DNA of 64,000 bases from assembly GCA_900617105.1 (NCBI GenBank), contig UYFQ01000685.1, forward strand, positions 124,001 to 188,000, given 5' to 3'. Below the pieces are notes generated by a model. It was not told where the DNA came from. It did no database searches and saw nothing but the letters and a program-made list of their open reading frames with translations. A program made the position numbers and the translations under genes. Position 1 is the first letter of the stretch; the number at the start of each line of letters is the position of its first letter. The stretch is from Hydrurus foetidus. Its lineage: Eukaryota. This document shows positions 36,553 through 48,354 of the stretch, one piece after another.

Positions 36553-38219
36553 TCATTTCCTGGCAGCGATTGCCTTCTTGATATCCGCAAGGGCCGCCGG
36601 CGGCAGACCCGCTGCGATGTCCAGCAGCTTCTCGCTGGTCTTTCCGGCAATCGACACGTGGCTGAAGATACAGTCCTTCCCGAACTTGCACTCGTAAACG
36701 CGGCCGTCCCTCCTAGTCGCTCCTAGCTGTCCTCCTAGATGACCAGCACAGGGTTTCGACGATTTGTCCCCGGCCGCCCCCCTACATCTCTCTCACGCTT
36801 TATTTTCTCGGGTGCCGGTGGTGGAGACACGTTGCTAATCTGCCGTGGCGTGTCGATGGCAGGCTTAGACTTAGTCGTAGGTGACTTCGCCGCTGCCATC
36901 ATCTCCACTCGCCTCAGTTGTCGGAATCGAAAGAAGGTGTCCATCTGGGTCATCGTTTGATGATTGGATAGGTCGGTAGAGAGGTCGTCAAAAAGAGATG
37001 TGAGGAATGAAGCACATTTCTCGGGTGTTTGAACCGTCTCCGAAGGTTGCAACGAGGTACCTTTCGTCGACCTCACGACTCTAAAGAATTTCCTTATTGA
37101 ACTCTCGACAGAGAACTTCAACAGGTCCGACGCAACCATTTCCATAGGTTGGTAAACTCCTTCTAAGTTATCCAAGAAGACTTCCAGTGCGTTTTCGAAC
37201 GCGTCTGCCAACAGAATGTGAAGACACATCTGGAAATTCTTCATCGCTCCCACGAGTCCCCTATTCTGATTGGGGCACGCCGTGGTTTTATTTGAAATAG
37301 CCTCTCCGGTGACGAAATCGTCCAAAGTAAGAGAGGGCTCATCTGAACCCTCGATAAGAACTGAACCGGTTAACAGGAGCTTCAGTTTCGCTTTATCCCG
37401 GAATATGTACAGTCTCTGGACCCGCCCTACCAGGGAGCACGCAGCAAAGGCCTCATGTCGGTGACCAGATTGAGTTTCGTATTGCTCGCAGATCATGCTA
37501 CGATACTCCTCAGGTTGCAGCGTGACATCGGGGCTAATACAGTGATCCTGCTTCTTTTGGTCCATGGCCCGAAACAGGAAAAACAGTTCCTTTTCCCTCT
37601 GGGTGATATCAGCCTTTGTCCTTGTTGGGTGTCTTCCGCCATCCAAGTCGACAATCACGTTAGACGTACCTTTCGTTCGCTCTCCAAGGTCCTCCGTCAG
37701 CTCGCCCACACCAACCAGCTGGCGTACACACTGTCGTTTGACGAGCTCTCCTTCGGGTCCGGAAATTTGCCCCAAAGGGATCACAGCGCGAATGGCGGCT
37801 AAAAGACGCGGCTTCGCGACCAAATAGTGAGGTTGCGATGGGAACTTAATCAGCGTGCCGACTACTACGGGCCTTTCACCTGCACCGGCAGAATACCCCA
37901 GACAATGGCCGTACGTCATGCGCTCCTGCGGCTTGTCGTGAACCTGCACAAACGCTGTCTTGCTGGAGGCCACGTAGGTGAAGTCCACTTCCACATTCTC
38001 CAGTGGTGGGGACATTGGTAGAATGATCACCGCGTCAACTGGGACATTCGCAATTGCCACGACCGCAGCCGACGAGACGCCGTATGCCTCGCCGTCTTCG
38101 TTGGTCGAGGTGGCCTGCACCGAAGACGCATTCTCCGACGCGTGCAACAGCACGGCTGGGACCAACGCGTAAGTTGGCATAATGACTCCATTGGGTGATG
38201 GTACTTGATCTGCGTTCAT
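36553..38219 (-). CDS. Gag-like ORF1 with C-terminal CCCH-type finger (one frameshift in a G run near 36777)
   Basis: Long ORF at the ORF1 position. Adding one G continues it as DKSSKPCAGHL..YECKFGKDCIFSH..IAARK* (TGA 36555-36553). Confidence 0.75.
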
Positions 38220-38548
38220 AGCTCTGTGGTGAACAAACGGGTGATAGCTTTCTTCAAAATCAGCCGGTTCAAATAATTGTGACCGGATGCTGTCACCGAC
38301 AAACATTTCGATTCCCCACCATCGCACTTGAACCCTCCAATTTCAAAAGTATGCTGTGACGAACTAAACTACGTTGAGGCTTGTAGCACCCCACGGGGCA
38401 GCGGCCCACGCTCCCTACGCCGCCTGGCGCTGACCCCGTTGTATTCCCCTCCTCTCTCCGTCCCTATGGGGTCCGGCTCCGGTCAGCGGTCCCTGCTCCT
38501 TCCACGCCAGAGAACCTGCGCTGCCGTGGCGGCATCTCCTAAGAACTG

Positions 38549-39320
38549 GGACCGTTTGCACGATCAGGTCCGCCAATATTTTCCCACGGCTGACGTACAA
38601 CGCATACACAGTAGTACGTTCCCTCACCTGTAATGATTAATCAAAGCTTCCAACAATCGCTATCTGCCATTTATACAAGAAATCCACAAGCGCGGTATTG
38701 GTGAGCCCCCGACATCTAGCGTTATTTCTGATAGAATTGATTTACCAGGTGCGCCATTCAACGCCCGCCTCACAGCTCTCCAAACCTATTTTTGCGTAGT
38801 GCTGTCGTCCTTGAAATTTTCCTCCTCTTCCTCCTCTTCAACCAACTCTCCATTCGATCCGCTAAATACGATACATTATCGTTGACATCGTCGAAACGTC
38901 GGATTCCAACAACTTCAGGAGATGCAACCATTCTCTGTTTCTTCTTTGGCCGTCTGCTCTGTCTCACCTTCGGTATAGTGATTTCGCCGGTCGAGTTTTC
39001 TTGCAAGCTACAGCGTCTCAAAGGAAGACCGCCATATCAATCTCCATCAGAATTTACAGAGGAACAGAAGTTATATCTTGGTTTTGGTTGACATGGAGTG
39101 CTACCATGTCTAGTCAGCATTTTAATTCAAACATTAAAAAAAAAGTTTCAAATTTTGAAAAAAGATGATATAACTTCTGAAGTCCATACGAAGGCTGACA
39201 GATTCCCGTAGTTTCCACTGGCTTCGGAGCGATATTCGTAGAGAAAGCTCGACCGCCAAAATCACGGATCGGTGGGAAAATTTTATGCAGGAATGGCGGA
39301 CCTGATCGTGCAAACGGTCC
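38549..39320. mobile_element. 772-bp non-autonomous TIR element
   Basis: Perfect 27-bp TIR ggaccgtttgcacgatcaggtccgcca (38549-38575) / tggcggacctgatcgtgcaaacggtcc (39294-39320); no recognisable transposase; superfamily not assigned. Confidence 0.8.
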
Positions 39321-40317
39321 TGGGTGTCGTACACTAAGGATCAGTTTCCACTGAATGGACAACTATATCCTTCCTGGGTACGCGCTCCTTCTGCAGGTTC
39401 AACACGTGCGCTAGCAACTTTCCCGGGCTCAAGGCGAAAGCTCTGCTGGTGTGAGTATTAAGGTAATTAACGATGCAACATCGCTTACATCGTTCATGGA
39501 GACAGGCGAAAAGATCGCGCTGTCCCGCACAGTCAAACATGGTGCACTTTCATCTTTTTGATGTTCCTGGGTTAAAGGAACCTGGACCGGTGGAGTAGCG
39601 ACCACCACACGGCACACGACGTACGAAACGTCATCAAATGTACATACGTAATAACTTATACGGTTACTTAGCTCATTAGTTATTCCGACACACCCCTATG
39701 GCGTGAGTCGTCGGGTTGGTGTACGCGAATGAAAACGCAATAGAATTCAAAAATGCTCTGTTTACTTGAAGCTTCACAAATGGTGTATCATAACATGATT
39801 TTATATTGTAGGGAAGTAGGGTAATGGTGGGGTTGACCTTAATTGTGACGTTAGATAATTTATTGCATGCAGGGTAATATTAGTATCATAAGGTCTGACT
39901 GATCCGAATGAGCATAGAGTTAAACAATTCTAAAAAGACTTTATGTTACACGCAAAAGATTACACTTAAAATAATTTTCTGACTTGTTATACTATCTGAT
40001 TCCGGAATCGGGTCTTGGGTCTGGGTCCACGGTCCTCGCTCTTTATGTCTCTGTCAGGGTTTTCTTGAGTCGCACTTGATGGGGTAGAAGAAAAGTGATG
40101 GAGGGGGGGCAGCAGGAATGATGGAGTCTTGGTGTCTTGAGTGGTCAGGCTTCGTCATGACGCGCGCTGATGGGGTAGTAGAGTCGGATGTGGGGGCAGT
40201 AGGAATGACGGAGTCTTGGGTCTTGAGTGTTCAGTCTTCAGCTGAAGCGGACAGCGGCGTTGTAGAAGGGTAAGATGGAGGGGGTAGCATATCGGATGGA
40301 TTCTTCGTCGGTAGGTA

Positions 40318-43300
40318 TTAGTTCTTCTTGGACGTAGGGTATGGAAATCGTGGGTTGGATTTGGTGCGTACGGGTGTCGGCGCGGAGTCCGTACGGTCCT
40401 CAGTCTTGCATCCATCTGCGTACGTGAGGGTAGGTGGTGAAGTGTTGAGCAGCTCCTTCCTGAGCTTCTTGAACAATTCACCCTGCAGTGGCTTGGTTAG
40501 AATGTCTGCAATCATGTCAGTAGTAGGTAGGTACACAATGTCTACATCGCCTGTACTGATTCTGTCGTGCAGGAAAAATACCGTATATCAACATGCCGCG
40601 TACGTTCGCTGTTCGAGCGACCGTTACGTATGAGCTGTATCGTAGACTGATTGTCTTGATACACTAAGGCGGGAGGTTGAGGGTGTCCCTGGCACTCCAG
40701 GAAGTTCCTGGTCCACAGAACTTGGTTGGCGGAGTCGCTGAGTGCGACTAGCTCGGCCTCCGTGCTGGACTTTGTCATGAGGCGCTGAGTACCGCTCTTG
40801 GCGTAGATCGCTCCCTTCCCAAGGGTGATTACGCTGCCTGTGTGACTTTTCATATCGGGATGTATGGCAAAGGATGCATCGATATATGCAATAACATGAA
40901 TAGGTTCATATACTTCAAATGTTATACCCGTATGCTGACTACCCCGTATGTACTGTATCGTACGGGTCAGCTTGTCGTAGTCGTCCCTTTGGGGCCTCAG
41001 CACTCTCTTTGTCAGGAACGCTACGGCAGTCAGAATGTCTGGCCTCGTCCTCTTACTCAGGTAGAGTAGCTTCGCTGTAATAGAGTGAAAACGCTCACGC
41101 AGATTATCAGGTAAGGGTGAGTCAGATTCATCAGGTATAGTGAATAGATTGGCTCGTGCGGGTGTGTTTGCCGTGCCCGGCATATCCTTACACCCCTCAA
41201 TGAGGTCTTGCACGAAGCCCTCCATAGTCATCTTAACGCAGCCTTCCTTGCTGAAGTCGAAAGTCATGCCTATGTAATTTAAAACTTTTCCTCTGTGTTT
41301 GGTTAGACCGGGATATATAGTTTCAATTTGTTTTATAACATCATCAACGCGAGATTCACTTGAAGCAGTAATTATCATATCATCAACATGAATTACGAGT
41401 GATGTTTGTGTGTTATCCGATTCAGTTCGGTTGAATACGCATATGTCATATTCATTAGCAGTATAATTGAATTTGATCAAATCACTGGATAGCTTATCAT
41501 ACCATAGTTTAGCAGATTCAACGCATCCATATAAAGCTTTCTTAAGTTTAACAATACATGTTCCATTGTTATTCAGGTATTTGTTATATGTTGCATCAAT
41601 CTTAATTAGTGCAGCAGTCAGTTGTTTATTCAGACGCATGTATACAACATGGTCGCCGGTCAGCGGCATATCACTATTCAGGAATGCACCGGGAAGTCAA
41701 CAGTGGCGACAGCACGCTTCTGTCTAGCAGCAATTGCAGTCAGCATGAATACACTAGATGTGCTAGCAGTAGGTGAGGCGCCATTGTTATAAACATCTCT
41801 ATCTTGTAAGTGCCCACCGGCTACTAGTCTAGATTTCAGTTTTTCAAACATACCATCAGCAGTATACTTTTCTTTCAAGAACATGCTACTAGGTATAATG
41901 GTGCGTTTTTGTTGTGGGGTGAGGGATTCGTAAGTTACACCTTCCCAAACATTCTTATCACACATTTGTTTCAATTCAGATGTAATGGAATCAACAGCTA
42001 TCACCCCTAACTTATTAATTCCCTCATTAACAGTCATTTTGTACAGGTGAGTGTGGTTGTAGAACAGATTACCAACATATTTCTTATCCCATTTACCAAG
42101 TTGGTGATTTCTACCACTTCTACGTAACACGGGTGAGTTTACAACGGGTGGGTCATATGCGGTTTCAATTATGGTGGCAGGTGGTGTGAATACTTCAGTG
42201 TGTACAGTTACATCAGCAAAGTCATCTTCATCATCACTTATGCCAAATATGTCATCTATCAGTGCTTGATCATATTTAGGTTGGGGTACATGTGTGTCAT
42301 CATGTGTGTCATCATAATATAGTTCGTCATTGTCGTATGTAGTGTCACTCACATATAGTGTGTCATCTACATACTCATCTAATGTGGGTGGGTGATTTTC
42401 ATCAGACATATCGAGTTGTGATTCAAGATGTGTTTCGTTATCATTGTGATCGTTATCTTCAATAATCTCATCGGTGTAATCTGCGTTAGCATTTTCATCG
42501 ACAGTTTCATATTCAACATCACCAATGTAAGCACTATCATCTTCAACATCGTCATCATCATCGAATACAATGTGACTACTATTCTCAAATACAGGCTGTT
42601 TAACATTGGCAGTTTTTCTCTTTGAAGCTAATACATTCAAGTGTAATATCACTTCATCAGGCATAGGTAGTACAGTCGCTTTAGTACGTTTAACAATACG
42701 TTCGTTAGCTAACAGCATGTAGTACCATGAACCTTCTAGATTACCGGAGCTCATAAGTGCTATGGCCCCGGCTGTTCTTGGTTTGGTAGAGTTATCAATG
42801 ACATCATTATGCACTTGGACATAATCACCAAAACCATGTTTAATCTCCTTATCTACGTCTAACTTTCTTCCGGTTAGTTTCTCTCGTGGACTGATGTGAT
42901 TAAGTGAGTTACGTGTGGGTGCTAATACAATTCTACTGACTGCATACTTAACTAACCACACTTCTAATTTCTCATTCAATGAGAACGGTAGAGAATTGAC
43001 TACTGATCTTACTCTCTCCTTTATGTGTCGTATCTTACGCTCGACTACGGCTACGGCTTCTCCGGCTCCGGTAACGTCTAGTACTATACCTCTTAAGCCG
43101 ACTTTGTTGTGAAACCATTCTGTATTGATTGCACCCTCGCCGTCTACTCGGATCATCTTAACTCTGAATCTGTACTTTACCATGCTTGCTAATGAAGTCT
43201 TTAGGCTGTTCCATATGCTCTTATGCTCTCGGTTAGCTAACTTGCTAACGTATAGGAACTCGATGGGCTGCACTACTGATACTAGATATGGTACTTGGTT

Positions 43301-44073
43301 GACAAACATTATATCTACATACATAATCTGTTCTGTCTTGTACTCTATACCTATCAGTGGTAGCTTCTCTTCTAACTTGGCCTGGTGACTGGTGGTCTTC
43401 CCCTTAAGGGATCCCACGTCCGGTCCCCATATATCAATGGCTCTATGTACGTCTCGCGCAGTCACTTTGCTATTAGTCAAATTCCCTTGGGATATCAACT
43501 TAATAGTCTGTGCTGCGCTAGCGTATCCTAGTCTACGCTGATAGTCTCTAGCTAACGACGCGTCTCTGACTTCTCTTACTGTATACTTCTTCTTATTCTG
43601 CTCTACTGTCGTAACTAACATTGGCATGCATTCTGTTACCATAGTGTCAAGATTACATTGGTATATATTCATAGTCTCATCTCGTGAGAATCTATAAAAA
43701 TATTTTCCGCTGACGTCTTGCACTATGTAACAATCATAGTCATGTAAGTACTTAACATCAGTACAGTCACGTACAGCATTACCAAAAGACAATATATTAC
43801 CAGCACAGTCAGGGCTATAATACACGTTGCCGAACGCCGACACCCACGTTTCTTGATTATCAGCGGTTTTCCTTTCGGATTCACCCCGCTAACAATCATA
43901 GGTGTGGGTGCGTGTTCGACATTATACAGCAGGGATGAGTCGTTGAAAACCGACTCACCAGCACATGTGTCAAGCAGAATGTGTCTACTTCTAATCATGT
44001 TATATATATTGCATGTATTGGCACTAAAAACAATATGATCACATGTTTCAATTCCGCTAGTGGAATCAGCCAA
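40318..44073 (-). CDS. Copia pol (protease, integrase, RT, RNase H), split by three apparent 1-bp frameshifts (~43845, ~41690, ~40575)
   Basis: LLDTCAGES (PR); YVDIMFV..RVDGEG..VERKIRHIKE (IN); KLKSRLVAGGH, KLKKALYG, IHVDD (RT); YIDASF..KSSTEAE..YQDNQS..DMIADILTKPL (RH). Confidence 0.93.
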
Positions 44074-44176
44074 ACATGGAGGATCGGTGTGTATGGGTGT
44101 GTGTGTAAATGTAAGTGCGGGTGTATGTACAGGTGTAGGTGTGGGTGAGTGTACGGGTGGGAATAATGTATCTTAC

Positions 44177-45285
44177 TTAGTTTACCGATTTTCCACTGGG
44201 TGCTGATGCACCCGCTTGGCTTTCCGCTGTACACTCGTATGAGTAGTGCCCAAGTTCACCGCACTTATTACAGTTGCCGGGACGGGTGCCGTACGACGTA
44301 CGCCCACCCTTCCCTCTGCCCCCGTTCCCATTAGCTTTCCCTTTCTCTGTCCCAGCTGGTTTCTCACCGCCAGCCGTTTTCGTAGCGAAAACATTGGTCT
44401 GGTTGGGTGGTGTTGCTGCTGCTGACTTCTTCGGGGTGACCTTGGCCATCTCGAGGTACGCGTCCTCGAGGGTGTCTGGCCAGTCTTTGAGCCTGTGCTC
44501 GTAGTACTCCACGTAATGACGGTATCCGGAATTCAATCCGTTCATAAATTTCATCCCAGTGAGTACTTCGTTGTGGGCGGTCATGGCCTCGTTGAACTCG
44601 GGCATGACTCCTAACGCCCGCATCGTGTCCTCGTACCCAGATTTCAACGCTTTAAAGCGTTGATAGTAGTACTTTAGCACGTCGTTCTGCTCCATTTTGA
44701 CTGTCTCATACGCCATTCGGACTCTCAGCAGGTTCTGATCTGCTCCCAGCCTCGGATCCGATAGGTGAGTCAATATGATGGCTCTCAACAATAGCAGCGG
44801 GTCCTCTGCAGTCATCGCTGCAAGTCCGGTTTCAGCTTCTCGAATTGTCGCTTTCGACGCTTCGCTAATTTGACCGAGCATTAGTCCGAAGACTTGCTTT
44901 CGGTCCTCTCTCAGAGTCAGGACGTTTCTGTCGTATAGCTCCAATGCTCGCTTCCATTTTGTTGATACCATAAAGTTCGCATCGGCTGCTATGTCCGCTG
45001 GAGCGACATATTGCGGGTAATCACCCGGTATGCCCTCGTTGCCGAATATCTCGAGATATCGGACTTATAGTTCGCGCGAGTATACTCGCGGAACTTCCTC
45101 ATCCATGCGCTTACGCTACCATGGTTCATCTCTCTTCCAAGATCCAGGAATGCGCCGATCGCGGCTACCGTTCCTGTTCTTGGTGGAGGCTTCGCACCGC
45201 GGCCAGCATTCCCTCTGCCACCGTTGGCAGGGTTTGCTCGACCGCCTGCGGTATTGTGTTCTCGGCCTCGGCCTCTGCCTTTCAT
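44177..45285 (-). CDS. Copia gag with CCHC zinc knuckle (one frameshift ~45040)
   Basis: RGG-rich N-terminus, helical capsid-like region, CNKCGELGHYSYEC. Confidence 0.85.
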
Positions 45286-45858
45286 GTTGCAACTGGTTGC
45301 AACGAAAGCAACTCGTTAATTATGTCGTAACTAAGGATCAGTTTCCACTGAATGGACAACTATATCCTTCCTGGGTACGCGCTCCTTCTGCAGGTTCAAC
45401 ACGTGCGCTAGCAACTTTCCCGGGCTCAAGGCGAAAGCTCTGCTGGTGTGAGTATTAAGGTAATTAACGATGCAACATCGCTTACATCGTTCATGGAGAC
45501 AGGCGAAAAGATCGCGCTGTCCCGCACAGTCAAACATGGTGCACTTTCATCTTTTTGATGTTCCTGGGTTAAAGGAACCTGGACCGGTGGAGTAGCGGCC
45601 ACCACACGGCACACGACGTACGAAACGTCATCAAATGTACATACGTAATAACTTATACGGTTACTTAGCTCATTAGTTATTCCGACACTGGGAACGGTGA
45701 TGGTACTAAAAAATTAAAAATTGGAAAGTGACAATCGATCGCAGACTCGCAGACTGGCAAATGCACGCCACACGTCGTCAAGATTGAGTAGATGTACTAC
45801 CAACTGTGATAAGAGCGATGAAGAGCTTGCGGTAGGCGGACTGTGCTACGTATCTATC

Positions 45859-48354
45859 ATGGATCCGGGGAGGCATGTAGGGAGGGCCGTGAGAGTATTC
45901 TGGGTTGATGATGACGAATGGTATGGTGGAGTTGTCGACGATTATCAGCCCCAAAAGGGATGGCACATTCAGTACTACGATGGGGAAGAGGAGTGGTTAA
46001 CATCCCTAGATGAGAACGTTTCATTCGACGATCCCGATGATCTTGCAGATGAGAATTCCGATGTGGCTGGACTGGGGAATACAAGCGCAACTGACTTGTC
46101 GGAAACGGGGTTCATTATAATCCCTGATGATGTTTGCGATCCCAAACCGCTTTCACAAACCTTGAGCAACTCAAGCAGCCAAAACATTGGTGGAGTCAGT
46201 GATGCTGACACCGAATTTTCGCGAAAGATGGGTGATACGAGTGGCCTAGAGAGTGTGCAATTTTCAAGTACACGGAGTATCGACGCTGAAAAGAACTCCT
46301 TCTTGCTTTCCGCTGATGCTTCCGTGAATAGAAGAGACATGTACTCTTCTTCAAAATTGAATGTTGTTGGAACTTGTGATCACGAGAGCTATCGCCGCAG
46401 AGACTACAGGGCGGAGTCTCAACATTTACCTGGAGACAATCCTCCTGCAAGCTCTATGCCATATGACGGGCAGCAAAAGCAAAATATTGCTAGTCAGACC
46501 GTTCCACCAGGTGGCCTTATTTTGCTGGGAAGTGTTGCTGGGGCATCAAATCTCCCAGTTACTGACGATAAAGAGACGGGAGGAAAATGCATATTTCGAG
46601 TTCTTTACATCGAGGGTACAGGCGCTAACACCATGTTCCGCTGCAAAACACCAATTTTTACCAGCATTGCGGCGGAAGATCTCCAATCTCCCCGGTGGGA
46701 TGAAGATACAGGGAGCTTCGATTTTGAAATGGCGTTGCCCCCGAGCAAAGGAGACAGTGAGATTCAGATACAAGGGCAGATCGTTGTGGCCGTGTATCGT
46801 TTGAGATCTCAGGGAGGCAATGAATTCGTGGGTCAAGTTTGCTTTGAGATGTCAGACTTGGCTCAAAACGGCACCAAAGTAGCTCATAAAGTAGGAGTGG
46901 AGGCACGATCGCTACACGGGGAGTACCCTTTGATCGACAGGTTCGACAAATCGATTGGAAACTATGCAGAGATTGAAGTCAATCTGCAGGTTGCATGGCT
47001 GCCACCAGTAATTGTTCCTGACGTTGGGTCAAGAAGTCAGACTAATTTGAAGCGACCTACTACTGCCACAAGTGCGAATGGTAGATCATCAGGTACGCAA
47101 AGACAAGGACAAGGAACAGTTAATACCCCAAGACAGATGAGCTCAGGGGCCAGCGTCGCGGGTACTGTACGTACGAACACCACAAAGGGAGCTCTAACCC
47201 CCAGGACCCGTCCTTCTAGTGCAAGTGTCATCCCTAAGGGGTTTTCAAGAGGGCCCGCACCTGTGAAGTTGGTTAGTGCTCAATTGAGAAAACAAGCAGA
47301 AGATAAGAAAAGAATCGACGCTCAGAACAAATTAATGCAAGGAAGATTGCAGTCTAAAGGAACGAAGGATCGAGGAGATGTCACAGGATCTATTTATAAA
47401 GTAGAGAAGGCAGAGGGTAAAGTTCCATCAAGCAGTGCGCACTCTGTCAGAACAAGTACGAGAGGAAAAAGTGAGAAGGACTCTGGACCGAATCTAGACG
47501 AAGTTGTTGGCACGTGGACAAAACTGAAAAAGGAAGTTTCGGAAATTGAAGATGAAAATCAACTTCTTAAAGCGACTCTGTCGAAACTGAGACTGCAATC
47601 CAAACGCCACACACTTGCGACTGACAAGCTGAGGAAACAATCAAAGCCCTCTATTGTAAATGACGTAAAAAACGATATCTCTGTATCAAGAAATGAGTCA
47701 CTCACTAAAGAACAGAAATCCATATCCATTGAACGATCACATGAAGTCATTGAGGATGGTCAGTTCGCAGACGTCGATGACTGCGAGCTGAGAGAAGTTG
47801 CAATCGAGAACTTCAACCTCCAGCAAATAAGGAGGAGTCTCTTGGATCGAGCGAGAGTGGCGAGCACAACATGTGGCGACCACGCAGCCAACGCTGCTAG
47901 TGCGCAAAATGCAGAGGTGCTGCTGCGGCACAGAATAGCGCTTGCAGCTCCTCACATAATTCCTCATGTCGATGTTAGCGATGTGACGGAAAATCAGAAA
48001 GATCTGCTCTCTTTAATGGACAAGTTGCGTAGTGTGAAGCTTGACTTCATGTGTGCTGAAACCGCCAAAGAGCACGGCTTTCATTTCGGGCCTTTGGAAG
48101 ACGCGATAATGGAAGATCGAGAGCTTCTCAAAATGCTGAGGAAGCGGCTAGATGACATGCAGCGAGAAGCTAACACTTGCCAACATGATTGTGAAGCTTC
48201 GAAAGATAAACTGACAAAACTGATGGAAGACCGCAGCGTCTATAAGATAAGGGATAGTATAGCCAATTTGAGACTTATACTATTCAACTTCAGGACAAAA
48301 AAATGTCCCGTTACTGTCGAAAATGATTCGGACAACTCAGATCATGAATATTAA
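45859..48354 (+). CDS. Protein with Tudor-like N-terminal domain, C2 domain and C-terminal coiled coil
   Basis: VGRAVRVFWVDDDEWYGGVVDDY..HIQYYDGEEEW (Tudor-like); GSVAGASNLP..SPRWDE..FVGQVCFEMSDL (C2-like); heptad-rich C-terminus. Probable start MDPGRH. Confidence 0.8.
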   Translation: MDPGRHVGRAVRVFWVDDDEWYGGVVDDYQPQKGWHIQYYDGEEEWLTSLDENVSFDDPDDLADENSDVAGLGNTSATDLSETGFIIIPDDVCDPKPLSQTLSNSSSQNIGGVSDADTEFSRKMGDTSGLESVQFSSTRSIDAEKNSFLLSADASVNRRDMYSSSKLNVVGTCDHESYRRRDYRAESQHLPGDNPPASSMPYDGQQKQNIASQTVPPGGLILLGSVAGASNLPVTDDKETGGKCIFRVLYIEGTGANTMFRCKTPIFTSIAAEDLQSPRWDEDTGSFDFEMALPPSKGDSEIQIQGQIVVAVYRLRSQGGNEFVGQVCFEMSDLAQNGTKVAHKVGVEARSLHGEYPLIDRFDKSIGNYAEIEVNLQVAWLPPVIVPDVGSRSQTNLKRPTTATSANGRSSGTQRQGQGTVNTPRQMSSGASVAGTVRTNTTKGALTPRTRPSSASVIPKGFSRGPAPVKLVSAQLRKQAEDKKRIDAQNKLMQGRLQSKGTKDRGDVTGSIYKVEKAEGKVPSSSAHSVRTSTRGKSEKDSGPNLDEVVGTWTKLKKEVSEIEDENQLLKATLSKLRLQSKRHTLATDKLRKQSKPSIVNDVKNDISVSRNESLTKEQKSISIERSHEVIEDGQFADVDDCELREVAIENFNLQQIRRSLLDRARVASTTCGDHAANAASAQNAEVLLRHRIALAAPHIIPHVDVSDVTENQKDLLSLMDKLRSVKLDFMCAETAKEHGFHFGPLEDAIMEDRELLKMLRKRLDDMQREANTCQHDCEASKDKLTKLMEDRSVYKIRDSIANLRLILFNFRTKKCPVTVENDSDNSDHEY

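Larger units (their letters stand above)
31426..38542 (-). mobile_element. Tyrosine-recombinase retrotransposon, Ngaro/PAT-type split direct repeats: A1 38542-38228, ORFs, B1 32340-32080, A2 32079-31765, B2 31684-31426
   Basis: 315-bp A repeats and ~260-bp B repeats are near-identical and in A1-ORFs-B1-A2-B2 order. Gag-like, RT/RNase H and YR ORFs present. No TSD, GC-rich, no methyltransferase seen. Confidence 0.93.
39325..45687 (-). mobile_element. Full-length Ty1/Copia LTR retrotransposon; LTRs 39325-39690 and 45323-45687; 5-bp TSD CTGGG
   Basis: TGTCG..CGACA LTRs differ by only ~1 substitution and 1 indel by eye. TSD at 39320-24 and 45688-92. Purine tract AGGGGTG next to the 3' LTR. Domain order gag-PR-IN-RT-RH. 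Confidence 0.97.

Noticed and set aside
30056..45722. Weak inverted similarity between ~30056-30082 and ~45700-45722
   Set aside because: AT-rich and low complexity; could be chance.
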